A program made the position numbers and the translations under genes. DNA of 54,247 bases from a bacterium (GTDB taxonomy: Bacteria > Electryoneota > RPQS01): the NCBI GenBank assembly GCA_026394155.1, contig JAPKYT010000128.1:1-54247 (forward strand). Direction: 5' to 3'. Each line of letters starts with the position of its first letter. Within the stretch, counting starts at the first letter, position 1. This document shows positions 13,162-21,476 of the stretch, piece after piece. Below the pieces are notes generated by a model. That model was not told where the DNA came from. It did no database searches and saw nothing but the letters and a program-made list of their open reading frames with translations.

Positions 13162-14874
13162 GTGGAACAATCAGGTCGTTTCGTGACACACCGGCGATCA
13201 TTTCTGCTGATGGCGGCGATCTCCTTTGCGGCCTGCGCCGGAGCGCAGCCGTCTCCTGTGCTTTTCTTGCAGTTTCCGCTGGTGGATCATCCGGCATACT
13301 CCTATCTGGAGCGGATGCAGACCGCAGGGAACCTGCCCTTGCTCTCGTCGTCGCGACCCTACCTTGGCCACCTTCGCCACCCGGTTCGTCTGCGGGATGA
13401 CGTCCGCTTGGGCCGCGAAGATCACCGCTATCTGGCCGAAAGCGCGGCGGCCATGCGGATCATCGGCCACGATTATGTATCGGAGTATGAATCCGGCTGG
13501 ACACGGCTGCGGCAAAGCGTGGGACTGGCGGACGGCCGCTGGCCGTGGTTCTACAGCGACGGGTTTCATCTGGCGTCATGGCGCTATGACACGACGTTTT
13601 CGGTGAGCGTGCAGCCGGTGTACGGTCTGGAAGTGGTGGAGACGGACGATGCGCGCGGGACGATCACCCGGTTTACGGGCGGGGCGCGCATCGAAGGTGG
13701 CTACGCGCGCAGGCTGCGCTTTCTGGTGGATTTTCGCGACCACACCGAAAGCGGCAACGGGCCGTATGACTCGCGTTCACGCCTGATAGAAGACCGCTGG
13801 GCATCGGTGGACCTGCAAGGCGGAAGCTCGACCAGCTATGACATCTCGGAGTCGTTCCTGCAATACTATGGCCGGGATCTCTCTATTGCGGCCGGACGCG
13901 GGCGCTTTCGTTGGGGCCCGGCGCGGCAGGGATCGCTCTTTCTCAATTCGCAAATGCCGCCGTTTGACTATCTGCGCTTTGATGCCATGCTGGAGAATGA
14001 TCGTGCTCAGGGAGTGTTCTACACGTTCCTGCATGGCTGGCTGGAACCGGATTCGCTGGCGAAGAGCCTCGCTTCCCATTCGCTGTACATCACACCCGGC
14101 GGCCGGCCGCGAACGTTGAATCCGCAGAAGTTTTTGAGCGCGCAGCGGCTGGAGGTGCGGCCGCGCGCCAATCTGCTCTTGGGCTTCTCGCAGGGCGTGA
14201 TCTACGGCGACCGCGGTGTGCAGCTTGGCTATCTGACGCCGCTGAATTTCCTTTACAGCGTTCAGCACTCGAACGACGACAAGGACAACATGGTGTTAGG
14301 TTTCGACGCGAATTGGCGGCCGGTGCGCGGCGTGCGGCTCTATGGCGAAGCGTTCTTCGACGATATCGTGGTCTCGGCGCTGACGACTTCCTCGGGGAGC
14401 AACAAGTCGGCCTACACCGCGGGCATTCATCTGGCGGGAGTCCGGGGATTTGCGAGCCGCTTTGACGGCGGAATCGAGTACAGCAAAATCCGCCCTTTTG
14501 TCTATTCGCACGTCTTCGGGGTCAACACTTACACTCACTGGACGTCTCCCCTCGGCTACACGCTGGAACCCAACAGTGAGTTCATGACGGCGGAGCTGCG
14601 GGGCACGTTCTATCCGCTTCAGGTGAGGCTCTGCGCATCGCGGCAGAATCACGGCAGCGTGGGCGGGAGCATTTACGAACCGCTGAAGGATGCGGTGAAG
14701 GATGACCTGTATCCCTTCCTCGCCGGAGATGTGGTCCACGTCACCCGCATCGGTGGCAGCGTGGAGTGGGAAGTGCTGCCGAATTTGCGTCTGCGCATCG
14801 AGGGAAATCACTGCGAGAGAACAGGCTCGGATAATCGCCTCGAGTGGCGCGGCGGGTTCGCATGGAATCTGTGA
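13162..14874 (+). CDS. Capsule assembly Wzi-family outer-membrane protein
   Basis: GRGRFRWGPARQGSLFLN, QRLEVRP, YLTPLNF, DN..LGFD and LGYTLEPNSE patterns. C-terminal barrel strand. Confidence 0.7.
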   Translation: MEQSGRFVTHRRSFLLMAAISFAACAGAQPSPVLFLQFPLVDHPAYSYLERMQTAGNLPLLSSSRPYLGHLRHPVRLRDDVRLGREDHRYLAESAAAMRIIGHDYVSEYESGWTRLRQSVGLADGRWPWFYSDGFHLASWRYDTTFSVSVQPVYGLEVVETDDARGTITRFTGGARIEGGYARRLRFLVDFRDHTESGNGPYDSRSRLIEDRWASVDLQGGSSTSYDISESFLQYYGRDLSIAAGRGRFRWGPARQGSLFLNSQMPPFDYLRFDAMLENDRAQGVFYTFLHGWLEPDSLAKSLASHSLYITPGGRPRTLNPQKFLSAQRLEVRPRANLLLGFSQGVIYGDRGVQLGYLTPLNFLYSVQHSNDDKDNMVLGFDANWRPVRGVRLYGEAFFDDIVVSALTTSSGSNKSAYTAGIHLAGVRGFASRFDGGIEYSKIRPFVYSHVFGVNTYTHWTSPLGYTLEPNSEFMTAELRGTFYPLQVRLCASRQNHGSVGGSIYEPLKDAVKDDLYPFLAGDVVHVTRIGGSVEWEVLPNLRLRIEGNHCERTGSDNRLEWRGGFAWNL

Positions 14875-15548
14875 GCGGCCATCGCCCCACGACTCTGGTG
14901 GTGGGTCCGTGGCTGGAGTTTCTCAGTGTGGCCCGCACTCTCAGCCGCCGCGGAGAGCAGGTGGCGTTGATGTCGCGTTCCGAGATCCGACTGCAGCAAC
15001 TGCGCACGCAAATGGAAGGCGAAGGCATCCCCTGCCAGAGCTTTGCGGCCGACGTGACCGAACCGGATTCGGTGCTGAAGGCCTTCACGAAACTCTCGCA
15101 ATGGTCGCCGCGGCTCGACCGGCTGATCTACAACAAGGCTGCCATAAGTTCGGAGCAGGCCGTTCAACTCACGGAATCGGAATTGCACCGCGTGATGGGG
15201 GTGAACCTGTTCGGCTTCGTCAATTGTTTTCAGTTTGCCCATCCCATGCTGAAGCGCAACGGTGGAGGCACGGCCATCATCGTGACGGGCGGGCCGACGG
15301 TGCCGCCGACGGAATCCGGCGTGGCACAGGAAGTCAGCAGGGCGGCGCTGCGAATCTACGCGGTCGCGCTGCGCAAAGAACTTCTGCCGGAGAACATTTT
15401 CATCTGCGAATTGCTTCTCGGCCGGGTGAGCGAACGGGGAGGCGCGCGCGACCTGCGGCCCGAAGAGATTGCGGCCGGATTGCTGCACGTCGTGGATCAT
15501 CGTCCCGACCGCTATCTGGTGGGCCAGCTGTCCGGCATGGCGGAATAA
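14862..15548 (+). CDS. Atypical SDR-fold protein
   Basis: Rossmann-type features (VALMSRS, AADVTEPDSV, LIYN.A, VNLFG) but no GxxxGxG or YxxxK. Confidence 0.7.
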   Translation: MESVSGHRPTTLVVGPWLEFLSVARTLSRRGEQVALMSRSEIRLQQLRTQMEGEGIPCQSFAADVTEPDSVLKAFTKLSQWSPRLDRLIYNKAAISSEQAVQLTESELHRVMGVNLFGFVNCFQFAHPMLKRNGGGTAIIVTGGPTVPPTESGVAQEVSRAALRIYAVALRKELLPENIFICELLLGRVSERGGARDLRPEEIAAGLLHVVDHRPDRYLVGQLSGMAE

Positions 15549-15575
15549 GAGATGCACAGGAGAAGGGAGAACGAC

Positions 15576-15806
15576 GTGAAACGGGTCAGTATTGAGTACT
15601 GCGTGGTGTGAAGTTACGAACCGAAGGCGGCCGGTCTGGCCGACTATCTGGAACAGCACGGGCTTGAGCGGCCGGCACTGATTGCCTCGTCCGGCGGGGC
15701 CTTTGAAGTCCGCATGGGGAAAGACCTCCTCTTCTCCAAGCTGCGGGCGGGACGGTTTCCAGAGCATTCGGAAGTGCTTGAATTAATTAGGAAAGCGACG
15801 AATTGA
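15576..15806 (+). CDS. Rdx family (SelW/SelT/SelH-like) selenoprotein with CxxU motif
   Basis: GTG start after GGGAG. Reads VSIEYCVV-TGA(15609)-SYEPKAAGLA...SSGGAFEV...LFSK..GRFPE, which is the Rdx family pattern across an in-frame TGA. Confidence 0.9.
15612..15645 (+). promoter_or_regulatory. Bacterial SECIS element
   Basis: Hairpin CGGCC-GGTCT-GGCCG about 17 nt 3' of the UGA. The GGUCU apex resembles the E. coli fdhF SECIS. Confidence 0.75.
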
Positions 15807-15842
15807 GACGGCGCATTGTTTGCGGCGACTTTCCGGCGACCC

Positions 15843-15871
15843 TTGACTTTGGGGGCGTCGCGGCTTATATT
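15843..15871 (+). promoter_or_regulatory. Sigma70-type promoter
   Basis: TTGACT-17 nt-TATATT upstream of 15926. Confidence 0.6.
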
Positions 15872-15925
15872 AGTACTGTTGTATCTACCGATTTTACAGT
15901 ATTGTCTCCGTCCAGAGAGTGATCC

Positions 15926-17527
15926 ATGCGGCGGATCGGTCTTTCATTAGCCTTACTCTTGTTGCTCACGGTCGGCACCGGATTTGCCGGCTCGGACTTG
16001 ATCAGTGGTCCGGTTGACGGGGTCTGGCCGGCCGGTTCCGTGTGCACCGTGTCGGACTACGCCTACGTTCCGGCCGGCAAATCTCTGTTAGTTGAAGAGG
16101 GAGTGGAGATCATTTTTCTGACGGACGCGTCATTTGACATTTACGGGATCTTCGACGCCATTGGCACTTCGGACCGACCGATCATCGTCACCGCTCCCGA
16201 CAACTGGGGCGGTTTCTATTTTGCCGGAGATCGCGATGACCGGACCGATACCCTGCGCTACGTCATGGTCGGGCAGGATGGGGGGCTGCCCCGCTACGTA
16301 ATTCGCTCGCAGTGGCACAGTCTGGTCGTCTCGTCGTGCGAATTCAAGGCCGCTCAGTCCTGCCTTGAAGTGTCGAACGCGCATCTGTGGGCGGACAGTA
16401 ATCAGTTCCTGACCACCGGTCTGTTTTCGCGGACCGTGAAACTGGAGTCGCTGGTGCCCGTGTCTGATTTTCCGCCGGGGACCGCGCCTCAGAACTGCCT
16501 GACGAATTCCATCGTGATGGCGGAGGTTCCGATCTCCGACGTGTCGCCCTTCGACTGGCGGTTCACCACGGCCCTGGATGTGGAGTCATCCAACGAGACG
16601 GTGGTGAGCGACAACATCTTCTCGGTTCTGGCGCCGGGATACGCCTGCGGTGTCTTTTATGGCGAGGCCGAGGGCACGAGTCCGGTGGGAGCGAAGATCG
16701 AGCACTGCGTGGTGACCGTTCGCTCCTACAACGTGCAGGCGCGCGGCGTGGTCAACGCGCATGAAGGCGATCTGGATATTCGTCGCTGCGACATTGATGT
16801 GGGCGGGGGTCTGTACGCTCCCATCGGAGTGAGCGCGTCCAATCGAGCGCAATCGTACGTCAACAGTTGCTACATCGGACTGACGGTGGGTGGGCGTTTC
16901 TGTCTGGCGGAGTTGGGCGCGAATGTCACGGTCATATTCACCAATCTCTGGCTGACCGCGCCGACCCTTGCCAGTCCCGGCGACCTGCCTCCCTTCGAGA
17001 GCAAGCTTGATGACGAGTCCGGTGTGGTGTACGGCGCGGGAATCTTCCGCGAAGACCCGCAGTTTGTCCGCGGTTGCCAGTGGGGGAAATGGGTGAATTA
17101 CGAGGCGGTGCGGGCCTACTATTCGTTGTTGCCAACCTCTCCATGTATTGATCGCGGAGACATGGCGCTGGGTCCTGATCCCGACAACACCCGTCCTGAC
17201 GTGGGCTGTTTCTATTTCTCGCAGGCGAGTTCGGCGCCTGAACGTCCCGCGCTGCCGGCTCCGGTCAGCGTTCTGCTGGCGCCCTACCCGAATCCGTTCA
17301 ACTCCTCGGCGGCCATCTCTTTTACGTTGCAGCATGCCGGCGAGGTGCGTGTGACGGCCTTTGACATCCTCGGTCGGCCGGTAGCCGAGTTGGCGACCGG
17401 CCGCTACGCGGCGGGTGACCACACAGTCAGTTTTCAGGCGCGAGGCTGGGCCACGGGGGTCTATTTCGTGGTAATGGACTTTGAGGGCGTGCGCAGCGGA
17501 ACGCAGAAACTGCTTCTGGTCAGATAG
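15926..17527 (+). CDS. Secreted beta-helix-like protein with a C-terminal T9SS type A/FlgD-like sorting domain
   Basis: Signal peptide, SPCIDRGD..PDPDNTRPDVG, and C-terminal PYPNPFN...FDILGRPV...GVYFV...KLLLVR. Confidence 0.8.
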   Translation: MRRIGLSLALLLLLTVGTGFAGSDLISGPVDGVWPAGSVCTVSDYAYVPAGKSLLVEEGVEIIFLTDASFDIYGIFDAIGTSDRPIIVTAPDNWGGFYFAGDRDDRTDTLRYVMVGQDGGLPRYVIRSQWHSLVVSSCEFKAAQSCLEVSNAHLWADSNQFLTTGLFSRTVKLESLVPVSDFPPGTAPQNCLTNSIVMAEVPISDVSPFDWRFTTALDVESSNETVVSDNIFSVLAPGYACGVFYGEAEGTSPVGAKIEHCVVTVRSYNVQARGVVNAHEGDLDIRRCDIDVGGGLYAPIGVSASNRAQSYVNSCYIGLTVGGRFCLAELGANVTVIFTNLWLTAPTLASPGDLPPFESKLDDESGVVYGAGIFREDPQFVRGCQWGKWVNYEAVRAYYSLLPTSPCIDRGDMALGPDPDNTRPDVGCFYFSQASSAPERPALPAPVSVLLAPYPNPFNSSAAISFTLQHAGEVRVTAFDILGRPVAELATGRYAAGDHTVSFQARGWATGVYFVVMDFEGVRSGTQKLLLVR

Positions 17528-17554
17528 TCCGATATTTTTCAATAGTATACGTGG

Positions 17555-17588
17555 AAGCCGTGGTCAACATTTGGCCACGGCTTCTTGC
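17555..17588 (+). terminator. Intrinsic terminator-like hairpin
   Basis: GAAGCCGTGGTCAA/TTGGCCACGGCTTC followed by TT. Confidence 0.6.
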
Positions 17589-17686
17589 ATCTCAGGGCGG
17601 CTCGAGTGGTGCCCGTGCACATTCTGCCACTTGATTTGCATGCACAGTTGCGTATATTTACACTGCACTATGTGCAGAGGTGAACC

Positions 17687-18487
17687 ATGCGATTGCTCAT
17701 CTCCCTTTTGATGACGGCGTGCCTGGCGGGGGGGTGCGATTGGACTCCGGTGCGTGACAACACGGTGGACGAGAGGTCCCCGTATTATGTGCCGGGGGGA
17801 CCCCCGCACGTGGAGGACGTGAGAGCGCTGACCGATACCCGCGCCTATCCCTTCGGTCAGATCTTGTACATGTTCGAGATCTCTTGTAAGATCACGGACC
17901 CGGACTACAATCTGGTGCCGGACTCGCTGCGCGCCTTTGCCGACACCATCTTTGTGGGCCAGGTGACGTACAATCCCGATGCCGACCGCTTCTACCTCCG
18001 CTGCACTCCGGAAAGCCTTCCGGGCATCAATTTTCTCGATCTGTTCCACAGCGTCATTCGGGTGCAGGCGGTGGACAGCGCGGGGGCGCGCGACAGCGCC
18101 GACACTCTGTTCAACGCGCTTTTGAGCCCGTGGCCGGCGGTGAGGTATCCTCTCGGCGACACCCTGAACACGCGCGAGCTGCGGCTGGCGTGGAATGACT
18201 GGAACGGGCTACGGATTCACACGTATTCCATCTCGATTCTGAAACAGAATGTGTATACCATCTGGGACACATCCGGGCTGGCCGGCACGGACACGGTTCT
18301 CACCGTCCCCTACGACGACTGGGATGGTGTGAACCCCTGGGTTTTCTACGCCTGGTATTTGACGGTGGTGGACAACTCCGGGAATCGCATCACCGGTGAA
18401 CAGGCCGTATTTCAATTTCATCTGGCGGCGCCCCTCGGCGCATCCGAGGCCGTCGAACCCGCCGCAGCCATGATTAAGCCGGAGTAG
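17687..18487 (+). CDS. Hypothetical lipoprotein
   Basis: Lipobox LAGGC followed by DWTPVRDNTVD. SD GAGGTG. Confidence 0.75.
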   Translation: MRLLISLLMTACLAGGCDWTPVRDNTVDERSPYYVPGGPPHVEDVRALTDTRAYPFGQILYMFEISCKITDPDYNLVPDSLRAFADTIFVGQVTYNPDADRFYLRCTPESLPGINFLDLFHSVIRVQAVDSAGARDSADTLFNALLSPWPAVRYPLGDTLNTRELRLAWNDWNGLRIHTYSISILKQNVYTIWDTSGLAGTDTVLTVPYDDWDGVNPWVFYAWYLTVVDNSGNRITGEQAVFQFHLAAPLGASEAVEPAAAMIKPE

Positions 18488-18490
18488 GCT

Positions 18491-20026
18491 ATGTCTGAGA
18501 ACGCCGTTTCCAACGCCGCCGCGCGGCCGGCGCCGGTGCCGCCGCCCGGCATGCTACCGCAGGAGCAACTGCATGCGCTTTACGAGATCGCGCAGGTGCT
18601 CAATTCGATCACCGACATAGACCGCCTGCTGGATCGGGTGATGGACATCGCCATTCAGACGGTGGATGCGGAGCGTGGTTTTCTGGTGCTGAGCGAGGAC
18701 ACCGACGCCGCCAAACTCACCGTGCGGACGGCGCGCAACATCGCTCCCGAAGCGGCCATGTCCATTTCGGATATCAGCCACTCCATCGTGCAGGAAGTGA
18801 TTGACCGGCAGAGCGGAGTGCTGACCGTGGATGCGCAGGCCGATCCGCGTTTTGCCGGCAGCGAGTCGGTTATCTTCAAGCAGATTCGCGCGGTGATGTC
18901 GGTGCCCTTCGTGGTGCGCGGCAAATTGTTAGGAGCCATTTATCTGGATGGCAAAACACGGCGGGCGGGCTTCACCGATGACTCGCTGGCCTTTCTCAAG
19001 GCTTTCTCGCACTTGGCGGCCATTGCCATCGAGAACGCGCGCTTGATGGGCAGTTTGCGCGACGAGAACTACCTGCTGCGCAGCGAGGTGCAGCGCGCCT
19101 ATCACTTCAAGGAGATCATGGGCAACTCGCCGCGCATGCTGCAGGTCTTCGAGATGCTGACCAAGATTATGAACTCCGACATCTCGGTGTTGCTTGAAGG
19201 CGAGTCGGGCACCGGAAAGGAACTGGTGGCGCGCGCGCTGCACTACAGCGGCCCGCGGCGCGACAAGTCGTTCATCGCGCAGTTCTGCGGCAATCTTTCC
19301 GAGACGTTGTTAGAAAGCGAACTCTTCGGGCACAAGCGCGGCGCGTTCACCGGCGCGATCTCCGACAAGAAGGGCCTTTTGGAAGTGGCCAACGGCGGCA
19401 CCTTCTTCCTCGACGAGGTGGCCGAGATTCCGATTTCCATCCAGAGCAAGCTGCTGCGCGTCTTGCAGGACGGCGAATTCCGCCGGGTGGGCGACACCGA
19501 GACCCGCAAGGTGGACGTGCGCATCATTTCCGCCACCAACAAGTCGCTGGCGCGCGAAGTGGAGAAGGGGGTTTTTCGCGAAGATCTCTTCTACCGCCTG
19601 AACGTCATCACCATTCAGATACCCGCGCTGCGCGACCGCACCGGCGACACTCCGCTCTTAGTGCAGCACTTTCTGAACAAGCACGCGGCTAAGAGCGGCC
19701 AGCGGGTGAAGAAGGTGACGCCCGAAGCCATGAAGATTCTCGATGGCTATCACTGGCCGGGCAACGTGCGCGAGTTAGAGAACGCCATCGAGCGCGCCAT
19801 GGTGCTGGCCGAGGATCGTGACATTTCGCCCAGTGAGCTCATCATTCCACGCGTGGCCAAACCGATGGGTGCGGCCAAAACGCTCAAGGAATACGAGCGC
19901 GAGCTGGTGCTCAAGACGCTCGAAGAGATGAAGGGCAACAAGACGCACACCGCCGAGGCTCTGGGCGTCTCCCTGCGCTGGCTGCACTACAAGCTGGCCG
20001 AGTGGAAGATCGGCGTGTCGGCGTGA
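18491..20026 (+). CDS. GAF-domain sigma54-dependent transcriptional activator
   Basis: N-terminal GAF, GESGTGKE, ESELFGHKRGAFTGA, FLDEV, WPGNVREL, Fis-type HTH. Confidence 0.95.
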   Translation: MSENAVSNAAARPAPVPPPGMLPQEQLHALYEIAQVLNSITDIDRLLDRVMDIAIQTVDAERGFLVLSEDTDAAKLTVRTARNIAPEAAMSISDISHSIVQEVIDRQSGVLTVDAQADPRFAGSESVIFKQIRAVMSVPFVVRGKLLGAIYLDGKTRRAGFTDDSLAFLKAFSHLAAIAIENARLMGSLRDENYLLRSEVQRAYHFKEIMGNSPRMLQVFEMLTKIMNSDISVLLEGESGTGKELVARALHYSGPRRDKSFIAQFCGNLSETLLESELFGHKRGAFTGAISDKKGLLEVANGGTFFLDEVAEIPISIQSKLLRVLQDGEFRRVGDTETRKVDVRIISATNKSLAREVEKGVFREDLFYRLNVITIQIPALRDRTGDTPLLVQHFLNKHAAKSGQRVKKVTPEAMKILDGYHWPGNVRELENAIERAMVLAEDRDISPSELIIPRVAKPMGAAKTLKEYERELVLKTLEEMKGNKTHTAEALGVSLRWLHYKLAEWKIGVSA

Positions 20027-20094
20027 GTTAATTGTGAAGGTCGAGCTCGGTTCCGGGACAGCAAGCAGAAGGTATTGAAGGGAGGTTGCGAGTT

Positions 20095-21444
20095 ATGACT
20101 CAATGCTCAAATCGCGGTCTGTTGTGCGGCTCGACGCTCCTCTTCACTGCACTTCTGGCCGTGTCCTGCACAGCGCCTAAACAGGTCGTGAAGGTTCCGG
20201 TCAAGCCAATGCCCGAGTTGCCTACGAAGGTGTACAGTGCCGACGATTATGATTGGGCTGGAAAGAACCGCTACAAACTCGAATTGCGTGAGACAGGTCG
20301 AACAGACACCGTCACGAATCAGATTCTGGAGAAGTACCTTGCGAATCAAATAGTGAAATGCCTTTGCCGCAAGGGTTGGGTCCGAGTTGAGGATAACTCT
20401 GATGTGACAGTGCGAGTGTTTTTTGGAGTGGGTGAGAGAAGCGAAACAAGCAGCAGTACATTGGTCTACGGGTCATCCGTGGCATCATCATCCTATCTGA
20501 CCGGGTACGGTTTGATCGGCGGTCTCATGTGGAATGCATCGCAACTGGCGGCTACTTCACGGTTCTGGTCCAAGACTGATCGGACAATTATCTACTACGA
20601 GGGGAGCATTACGGTTGAGTTCACGGAAAGTGGCAGCAACAAGCAGATTTGGCGCGGGGATGCGCGCATGAGACTGGGCAACGACGATGTTCGGCTCGCG
20701 AGTGGCTTGATGATCCGCGAACTCCTGTGGCAACTACCGTCTTATGACTATCCACCTGTGCAGGTGCCCGTGCTCAGAGAAGAGGATTTCGAGGGATTTT
20801 GGCGGTCGTGGGTAGTGGGGAGAGAATTCTCTGGCCCGGGGCAGCGATACCCGATCACGTTTGACTACGCCTACTACGAGGCGCCGAGGACGCTCCGCCG
20901 AAAGCGTGCTGGAGAACCAAGAAAAGAAGACGTGTTAAGGGAAGCCCGCGCGGAGTTTCGTGAAACACAGGCCTACGGAGATGCAAAGCGTCGCCATACC
21001 GGAGCGTCATATTTTGATGGCTCCGAAGAGTTTTGGACAGCTTTCGAAAAATGGGTCATGAAAGTGTGGAATCCACGCGAGGCGACTGCTGGTCTCCTAC
21101 TGCTTGCCCGTGCTGGTGTAGCCTCGGCAGACTTGCTGATGCACACTCCATGGTCTATTAAGAATGATGATGAATCTATTGTAGTCGCGGGACGCTATTT
21201 CATCGGTGAGGATACAACGGAGACGCTTGTCGCTATCTGGGCCAAGCCGTTTGACACTTCCCCTTTGGAGGGCGTTTCAGTGCGATACGACTACCAGAGA
21301 TACTACATCACTCGGATCGAACTCATTCAGGCGGGGGATTTCAAAGAGAAGTGGCGGGCGGCGGCGGACCAGCGTAGAATGGCCTTTGGCCGCACGATTG
21401 ATTTTGTTCCTCCGGAACCCCTTGCATCCCCTCCGACTGAATGA
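20095..21444 (+). CDS. Lipoprotein with a DUF4136-like N-terminal domain
   Basis: Lipobox LAVSC and YEGSITVEF..SNKQIWRG motif. Lower GC3 than its neighbours. Confidence 0.6.
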   Translation: MTQCSNRGLLCGSTLLFTALLAVSCTAPKQVVKVPVKPMPELPTKVYSADDYDWAGKNRYKLELRETGRTDTVTNQILEKYLANQIVKCLCRKGWVRVEDNSDVTVRVFFGVGERSETSSSTLVYGSSVASSSYLTGYGLIGGLMWNASQLAATSRFWSKTDRTIIYYEGSITVEFTESGSNKQIWRGDARMRLGNDDVRLASGLMIRELLWQLPSYDYPPVQVPVLREEDFEGFWRSWVVGREFSGPGQRYPITFDYAYYEAPRTLRRKRAGEPRKEDVLREARAEFRETQAYGDAKRRHTGASYFDGSEEFWTAFEKWVMKVWNPREATAGLLLLARAGVASADLLMHTPWSIKNDDESIVVAGRYFIGEDTTETLVAIWAKPFDTSPLEGVSVRYDYQRYYITRIELIQAGDFKEKWRAAADQRRMAFGRTIDFVPPEPLASPPTE

Positions 21445-21476
21445 TCCGCGCGCGAGATGCATTCTAAGGTGTCGTC

